DNA of 64,000 nucleotides from Macrostomum lignano (taxonomy: Eukaryota): contig NIVC01000868.1 of the NCBI GenBank assembly GCA_002269645.1, forward strand, positions 248,001 to 312,000, in the 5' to 3' direction. The notes beneath the pieces were generated by a model, which was not told the origin of the DNA, ran no database searches, and saw only the letters and a program-made list of their open reading frames with translations. Of this stretch, positions 57,955-64,000 are shown in pieces; positions within the stretch are counted from its first letter, which is position 1; each line of letters begins with the position of its first letter. A program made the position numbers and the translations under genes.

Positions 57955-58875
57955 GGGTGCTGTCTGTAGCTGCGGTGCTGTCAGTCTGTAGCTGCGGTGC
58001 TGTCAGTCTGTAGCTGCGGTGCTGTCAGTTCATAGCCATCATGCTGTCAGTCTGTAGCTGCGGTGCTGTCAGTTCATAGCCATCATGCTGTCAGTCTGTA
58101 GCTGCGGTGCTGTCAGTTCATAGCCATCATGCTGTCAGTCTGTAGCTGCGGTGCTGTCAGTTCATAGCCATCATGCTGTCAGTCTGTAGCTGCGGTGCTG
58201 TCAGTTCATAGCCATCATGCTGTCAGTCTGTAGCTGCGGTGCTGTCAGTTCATAGCCATCATGCTGTCAGTCTGTAGCCATCATGCTGTCAGTCTGTAGC
58301 CATCATGCTGTCAGTCTGTAGCCATAATGCTGTCAGTCTGTAGCCATCATGCTGTCAGTCTGTAGCCATCATGCTGTCAGTCTGTAGCCATCATGCTGTC
58401 AGTCTGTAGCTGCGGTGCTGTCAGTTCATAGCCATCATGCTGTCAGTCTGTAGCTGCGGTGCTGTCAGTTCATAGCCATCATGCTGTCAGTCTGTAGCTG
58501 CGGTGCTGTCAGTTCATAGCCATCATGCTGTCAGTCTGTAGCCATCATGCTGTCAGTCTGTAGCCATAATGCTGTCGGTCTGTAGCCATAATGCTGTCGG
58601 TCTGTAGCCATAATGCTGTCAGTCTGTAGCCATAATGCTGTCAGTCTGTAGCCATAATGCTGTCGGTCTGTAGCCATCATGCTGTCGGTCTGTAGCCATG
58701 ATGCTGTCAGTCTGTAGCCATGATGCTGGCAGTCTGTAGCCATCATGCTGTCAGTCTGTAGCCATGAAGCTGTCAGTCTGTAGCCATGATGCTGTCAGTC
58801 TGTAGCCATGAAGCTGTCAGTCTGTAGCCATGATGCTGTCAGTCTGTAGCCATGATGCTGTCAGTCTGTAGCCAT
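57955..58875 (+). repeat. 22-bp minisatellite (GCTGTCAGTCTGTAGCCATCAT and variants)
   Basis: About 40 copies in variant blocks. Confidence 0.95.
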
Positions 58876-59509
58876 GTGCGTCGATATATTTTGCTAGGAT
58901 GTAAAGGCAGAAAATTTCCTTTGATTTCTAATTTCGAGTTAATTATTTTCAATAGAAATGTTTAAGCCAAAAGGAGGAAGCTGGCGTCCGTACAGTCTAC
59001 TCTGTTCCTGCATCGAATAAAGCTGGCTGCATCAGAGCTCTGTTTCTGTTTTTCTTTCTTCATCCAATTTTCCAGTCGCAAGTCGGCGCAGCTTTCTTTG
59101 CTCATTTTTACTCAATCGAAGCTCCTGGCGCAGCCGCTCCAAGAAAAATTTGCGCCATCAATCACTGCTCAGCAGGAGATCGAACGGGGAACTCAACCTG
59201 CCAAAAGTTGAGATTTTGATCCCCGGGCTGGGAGCGCTGGGAAATCTGATCTGCTGAATCTCAACCTTTTGGCCTGAGCTCGCAGCTGCTACTCAGGTTT
59301 ATTAATTTCCTTGAAAGGACAGCCGCTCTTCAAGCCGCTCTTTTGAAGAAAATCCTTGAAAACGTTGCACTGCAGAAAATGCTCTGACACCGTCAAAACT
59401 GTGCTACATTTGTAGTTTTTGTACTCTAAAGCTAATGTACATGTATTGATACATGTACATCAGCTAACTGCTACCTGCCCCTGGCTGAGAACATTTGCTT
59501 TCTAGGGGC

Positions 59510-59708
59510 ACTCATCCAAGTTTGACTGTACACCCATCCCACCCGCCAAATTTCATTGCACACCCACCCCACTCGCCAAGACTGATTGCACGCCCACCCC
59601 ACCCGCAAAGACTGATTGCACACCCACCCAACTCGCTAAGTTTGATTGCGCACCCACCCCACCCGCCAAGACTGATTGCGCACCCACCCACCCGCCAAGA
59701 CTGATTGC
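59510..59708 (+). repeat. ~30-bp minisatellite (CACCCACCCCACCCGCCAAGACTGATTG)
   Basis: About 6 copies. Confidence 0.88.
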
Positions 59709-61920
59709 AATCCAAATTACTCGTATTCCTTTGTAGCTGGAGTTAAGCTAAGCCAGACAGGAGGCCAGTTGCTATGCAGCACGCAGGACTCCCATTTTCA
59801 TTCAATTCACCATGCGCCAGATTACCGGGTCCGCTTTCAGGCTACAAAAATGACTGCCCGTTTTCCTTAATTTCGTTTCTTCAGAATTAAAAACTAGCTA
59901 CATATATATATAGATTAAATTTTCTGAGGAAAATTGCGAAATGTCAGAACAGGTCCTACATGTACACCGCGGGACCGAAGGAGCCTCCATTCATGAATGA
60001 TGCAGCACTGGGCGAGTCTGAGTTCATGCTCTGAATTTCATCAATTGGCAACTCCTATTTAGCATTCAGGGCTCATTAAGGGCTCATTAACCTCGACTAC
60101 ATTTTACAATTTTCGCTGTACTACCTTGTAAAATTAGACAGTGCCCCAGAGCCTCAGTGCCCCAGTTTCTCAGTGCCCCTCTGTCCCGACAGAATTAACC
60201 GGTGTTCCCCAACAACAGAGCCAATGCCCCAAACAACAGAGCCAGTTCCTAAAAACTAAGTTAGCCAGGACCACTAACAACAAAAGCCAGTGCCCCCAAC
60301 AACAGCTAGAGCCAGTGCCCCCAACAACAAAAGCCAGTGCCCCCAACAACAGAGCCAGTGCCCCCAACAACAGAGCCAGTGTCCCCAACAACAAAGCCAG
60401 TGTCCCCAACAACAGAGCCAGTGCCCCAACAACAGAGTTAGCCAGAGCCCCAACAACAGAGCCAGTGCCCCAACAACAGAGCCAGTGCCCCAACAACAGA
60501 GTTAGCCAGAGCCCCAACAACAGAGCCAGTGCCCCAACAACAGAGTTAGCCAGTGCCCCAACAACAGAGCCAGTGTCCCCAACAACAGAGCCAGTGCCCC
60601 AACAACAGAGCCAGTGCCCCAACAACAGAGCCAGTGCCCCAACAACAGAGTTAGCCAGAGTCCCCAACAACAGAGCCAGTGCCCCAACAACAGAGCCAGT
60701 GCCCCAACAACAGAGCCAGTGTCCCCAACAACAGAGCCAGTGCCCCAACAACAGAGCCAGTGCCCCCAACAACAGAGCCAGTGCCCCAACAACAGAGTTA
60801 GCCAGAGCCAAGACTGATTGCAATCCAAATTACTCGTATTCCTTTGTAGCTGGAGTTAAGCTAAGCCAGACAGGAGGCCAGTTGCTATGCAGCACGCAGG
60901 ACTCCCATTTTCATTCAATTCACCATGCGCCAGATTACCGGGTCCGCTTTCAGGCTACAAAAATGACTGCCCGTTTTCCTTAATTTCGTTTCTTCAGAAT
61001 TAAAAACTAGCTACATATATATATAGATTAAATTTTCTGAGGAAAATTGCGAAATGTCAGAACAGGTCCTACATGTACACCGCGGGACCGAAGGAGCCTC
61101 CATTCATGAATGATGCAGCACTGGGCGAGTCTGAGTTCATGCTCTGAATTTCATCAATTGGCAACTCCTATTTAGCATTCAGGGCTCATTAAGGGCTCAT
61201 TAACCTCGACTACATTTTACAATTTTCGCTGTACTACCTTGTAAAATTAGACAGTGCCCCAGAGCCTCAGTGCCCCAGTTTCTCAGTGCCCCTCTGTCCC
61301 GACAGAATTAACCGGTGTTCCCCAACAACAGAGCCAATGCCCCAAACAACAGAGCCAGTTCCTAAAAACTAAGTTAGCCAGGACCACTAACAACAAAAGC
61401 CAGTGCCCCCAACAACAGCTAGAGCCAGTGCCCCCAACAACAAAAGCCAGTGCCCCCAACAACAGAGCCAGTGCCCCCAACAACAGAGCCAGTGTCCCCA
61501 ACAACAAAGCCAGTGTCCCCAACAACAGAGCCAGTGCCCCAACAACAGAGTTAGCCAGAGCCCCAACAACAGAGCCAGTGCCCCCAACAACAGAGCCAGT
61601 GCCCCAACAACAGAGTTAGCCAGAGCCCCAACAACAGAGCCAGTGCCCCAACAACAGAGTTAGCCAGTGCCCCAACAACAGAGCCAGTGTCCCCAACAAC
61701 AGAGCCAGTGCCCCAACAACAGAGCCAGTGCCCCAACAACAGAGCCAGTGCCCCAACAACAGAGTTAGCCAGAGTCCCCAACAACAGAGCCAGTGCCCCA
61801 ACAACAGAGCCAGTGCCCCAACAACAGAGCCAGTGTCCCCAACAACAGAGCCAGTGCCCCAACAACAGAGCCAGTGCCCCCAACAACAGAGCCAGTGCCC
61901 CAACAACAGAGTTAGCCAGA
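59695..61920 (+). repeat. Direct tandem duplication with a 1113-bp period, containing a 20/21-bp satellite (CCCCAACAACAGAGCCAGTG) that extends to about 62065
   Basis: Unique sequence GCCAAGACTGATTGCAATCC... recurs 1113 bp later; ORFs at 60141 and 61254 start identically. Confidence 0.93.
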
Positions 61921-62703
61921 GCCCCAACAACAGAGCCAGTGCCCCAACAACAGAGCCAGTGCCCCAACAACAGAGTTAGCCAGAGCCCCAACAACAGAGC
62001 CAGTGCCCCAACAACAGAGCCAGTGCCTTAACAACAGAGTTAGCCAGAGCCCCAACAACAGAGTTAGCCAGTCATTGGCAAGTTCCCAGTCGGCGGTTCC
62101 GCATTGCACAGGCCACCGACAGCCGGTAATGAAGTTGTAAAAGTCCGGATTAGCAAACCCGATTAGCTGCAGATGATGAGCTCGAGCTCATGATGGAGAA
62201 TTGCAATCAGAGGACAGAGAAGCGGAGGATTAAAGGCGGCGGCTGGGGAATCGACGAAGGCCGGACTCACATCAGCTTGGATTGAGCACCTGCGCTTCAC
62301 CTTGGGGTGGTTGGCCAGCTGATCCCATTGGTGCAGAGCAGCTGGGGGGTGAGGGGAAGCGGAGTGATAAAGAAGAACTCAGCTCTCACCTCAGCTGCCC
62401 GAATGATTCGAGCAGACAGACAGGGCGGGGCTGCTGTGGCAGATCTGCGTCTGCGCCGCGATCCAGGATTCACGTTGATTTCCGTAACTCTCTCTGTCTG
62501 AGCTGGTCTGGTCGGCAAGAGGGCTTCCGAATAGAGGCTGTTTGGAGTCGGCGTTTCCACAGGTGAGAAGTTCCATCTGGGATCTGTCAAAAGACCCATC
62601 CGTGATTCCTCTCTGAGGCCATCCGTGATCCCTCTCTGAGGCCATCCGTGATCCCTCTCTGAGGCCATCCGTGATCTCTTCCTCTTCCTCCCCAAAGCTT
62701 CAG

Positions 62704-64000
62704 ATGTCGAGCTCAGCAGCGTCGACTCAGCAGCGCCGGATGCCGCGCAACGCCTCAAAGGGCTCGGTGAACATCCCGCTGAGGCCGATGAAGCAGGCCA
62801 ACAAGATGGACACGCTGGAGCGGCTGTTCCTGGAGGCGGTGCAGCGCGGCGATCAGTCCACGGTGGCGCGCTGCCTGCGGGGACCGGCGCCCGTCAACGT
62901 CAACTGCACCGACATGGTCGGCCGCACCGCCATCCAGATCGCCGTGGACAACGAGAACATCGAGATCGTCGAGCTGCTGCTCACCGTGCCGGGCATTGTG
63001 ATCGGCGACGCCATCTTGTACGCCATCCAGGAGGGGGTGTACACCATCGCCGAGATGCTGGTGGACCACCCGTCCACTACCAAAGAGATGCTGGGCGTGG
63101 ACTGGTCCCGGCACTGCGGCCGCCACTCCGGCGAGAGCGCCGAGTTCAGCCCAGACATCAGCCCGGTGATCCTGGCGGCCACCTGCAACCAGTTCGAGAT
63201 CCTGCAGCTGCTGCTGTCCCGCGGCGCCACCATCGAGCGGCCGCACCAGCTGTCCTGCCGCTGCGACCGCTGCAAACAGCTCGTCCGCGACGACTCGCTG
63301 CGGCACTCGCTGCTGCGCATCAACACCTACCGGGCCCTGGCCAGCCCCGCCTGGATCTGCCTGACCTCCTCCGACCCCATCCTGACGGCCTTCCGGCTCT
63401 CCTGGGAGCTGCAGCGGCTCGCTAGCCGGGAGAACGAGTTCAAGGAGGCGTTCGTGGCGCTGAGCCAGCAGTGCAGGAAGTACGCCTGCGACCTGCTCGA
63501 CCAGTGCCGCAGCAGTGAGGAGGTCATCGCGGTGCTCAACAAGTCCAAGTCAGCTGACGACGACCCGCAGCTGCCGCCACAGCAACCACCTGTCGAGTCG
63601 CTGAGCCTCGACCGGCTGAAGCTGGCGCTGAAGTTCGAGCAGAAGCAGTTCGTGGCGCACTCGCACTGCCAGCAGCTGCTCACCACCATCTGGTACGACC
63701 GGCTGCCCGGCTGGAGGAAGCAGCCGCTGGCCGTGAAGGCGCTCATGTGCTTCGGCTTCGTGCTGCTGATGCCGGTGCTGGCGTTGGTCTACGTGCTGTT
63801 CCCGCGCTCCCGTCTGGGCCAGCTCATGCGCAGCCCCTTCATGAAGTTCCTCAACCACTCCGCCTCATTCGCCATCTTTCTCGTGCTGCTGCTCATCGCC
63901 TCCACCGACTGGGGCGCCTTCAAACGGCCCAAGGAGAGGTACATGGTCAGGGGGCCACCGCCAGACCTGGTGGAGACTCTCATCTTGTGGTGGGTGCTCG
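62704..64000 (+). CDS. TRPC-family (canonical TRP) cation channel, 5' part
   Basis: An open frame runs from an acceptor+ATG at 62704 to the window end. Ankyrin repeats (GRTAIQIAVDNENIEIVELLL; SPDISPVILAA), TRP_2 segment (HQLSCRCDRC..DSLRHSLLRINTYRALASP), DPILTAFRLSWEL, QKQFVAHSHCQQLL, SPFMKFLNHSAS. Confidence 0.95.
   Translation, partial: MSSSAASTQQRRMPRNASKGSVNIPLRPMKQANKMDTLERLFLEAVQRGDQSTVARCLRGPAPVNVNCTDMVGRTAIQIAVDNENIEIVELLLTVPGIVIGDAILYAIQEGVYTIAEMLVDHPSTTKEMLGVDWSRHCGRHSGESAEFSPDISPVILAATCNQFEILQLLLSRGATIERPHQLSCRCDRCKQLVRDDSLRHSLLRINTYRALASPAWICLTSSDPILTAFRLSWELQRLASRENEFKEAFVALSQQCRKYACDLLDQCRSSEEVIAVLNKSKSADDDPQLPPQQPPVESLSLDRLKLALKFEQKQFVAHSHCQQLLTTIWYDRLPGWRKQPLAVKALMCFGFVLLMPVLALVYVLFPRSRLGQLMRSPFMKFLNHSASFAIFLVLLLIASTDWGAFKRPKERYMVRGPPPDLVETLILWWVL

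Noticed and set aside
60141-62031. Mucin-like PQQQSQC / TTEP ORFs on both strands
   Set aside because: The satellite is open in several frames, with no signal peptide or splice support.
62755-63983. Minus-strand and alternative-frame ORFs over TRPC (also over the coiled-coil, RPL24 and zinc-finger exons)
   Set aside because: These are shadow ORFs produced by GC-rich codon usage.

Overview
Eukaryotic (metazoan) genomic DNA with GC/Ala-rich exons and minisatellite-filled introns. This resembles a free-living flatworm such as Macrostomum (inference only). Genes: a multi-exon coiled-coil gene (minus, runs off the left end), an intronless FkbM-family methyltransferase with a signal anchor, GABARAP/Atg8, an MFSD8-like transporter, RPL24, a selenoprotein S-like gene with an in-frame UGA and a SECIS candidate, a C2H2 zinc-finger gene, FoxJ2/3, and the 5' part of a TRPC channel. 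Mobile DNA: a near-intact young BEL/Pao LTR element, two RNase H-bearing LINE copies, a degenerate RTE-like LINE, P-like, Merlin-like and Penelope-like remnants, and several MITEs. Most notable observations: (1) four tandem box C/D snoRNAs between the selenoprotein gene and RPL24 in a compact same-strand, possibly polycistronic unit; (2) the hidden selenoprotein; (3) a Spindlin-type Tudor plus RG-repeat ORF and a duplicated antisense terminal exon of the MFS gene, both nested in GABARAP introns; (4) minisatellites built from splice donors; (5) hammerhead ribozyme motifs. All coordinates and translations were derived by eye; no searches were run.
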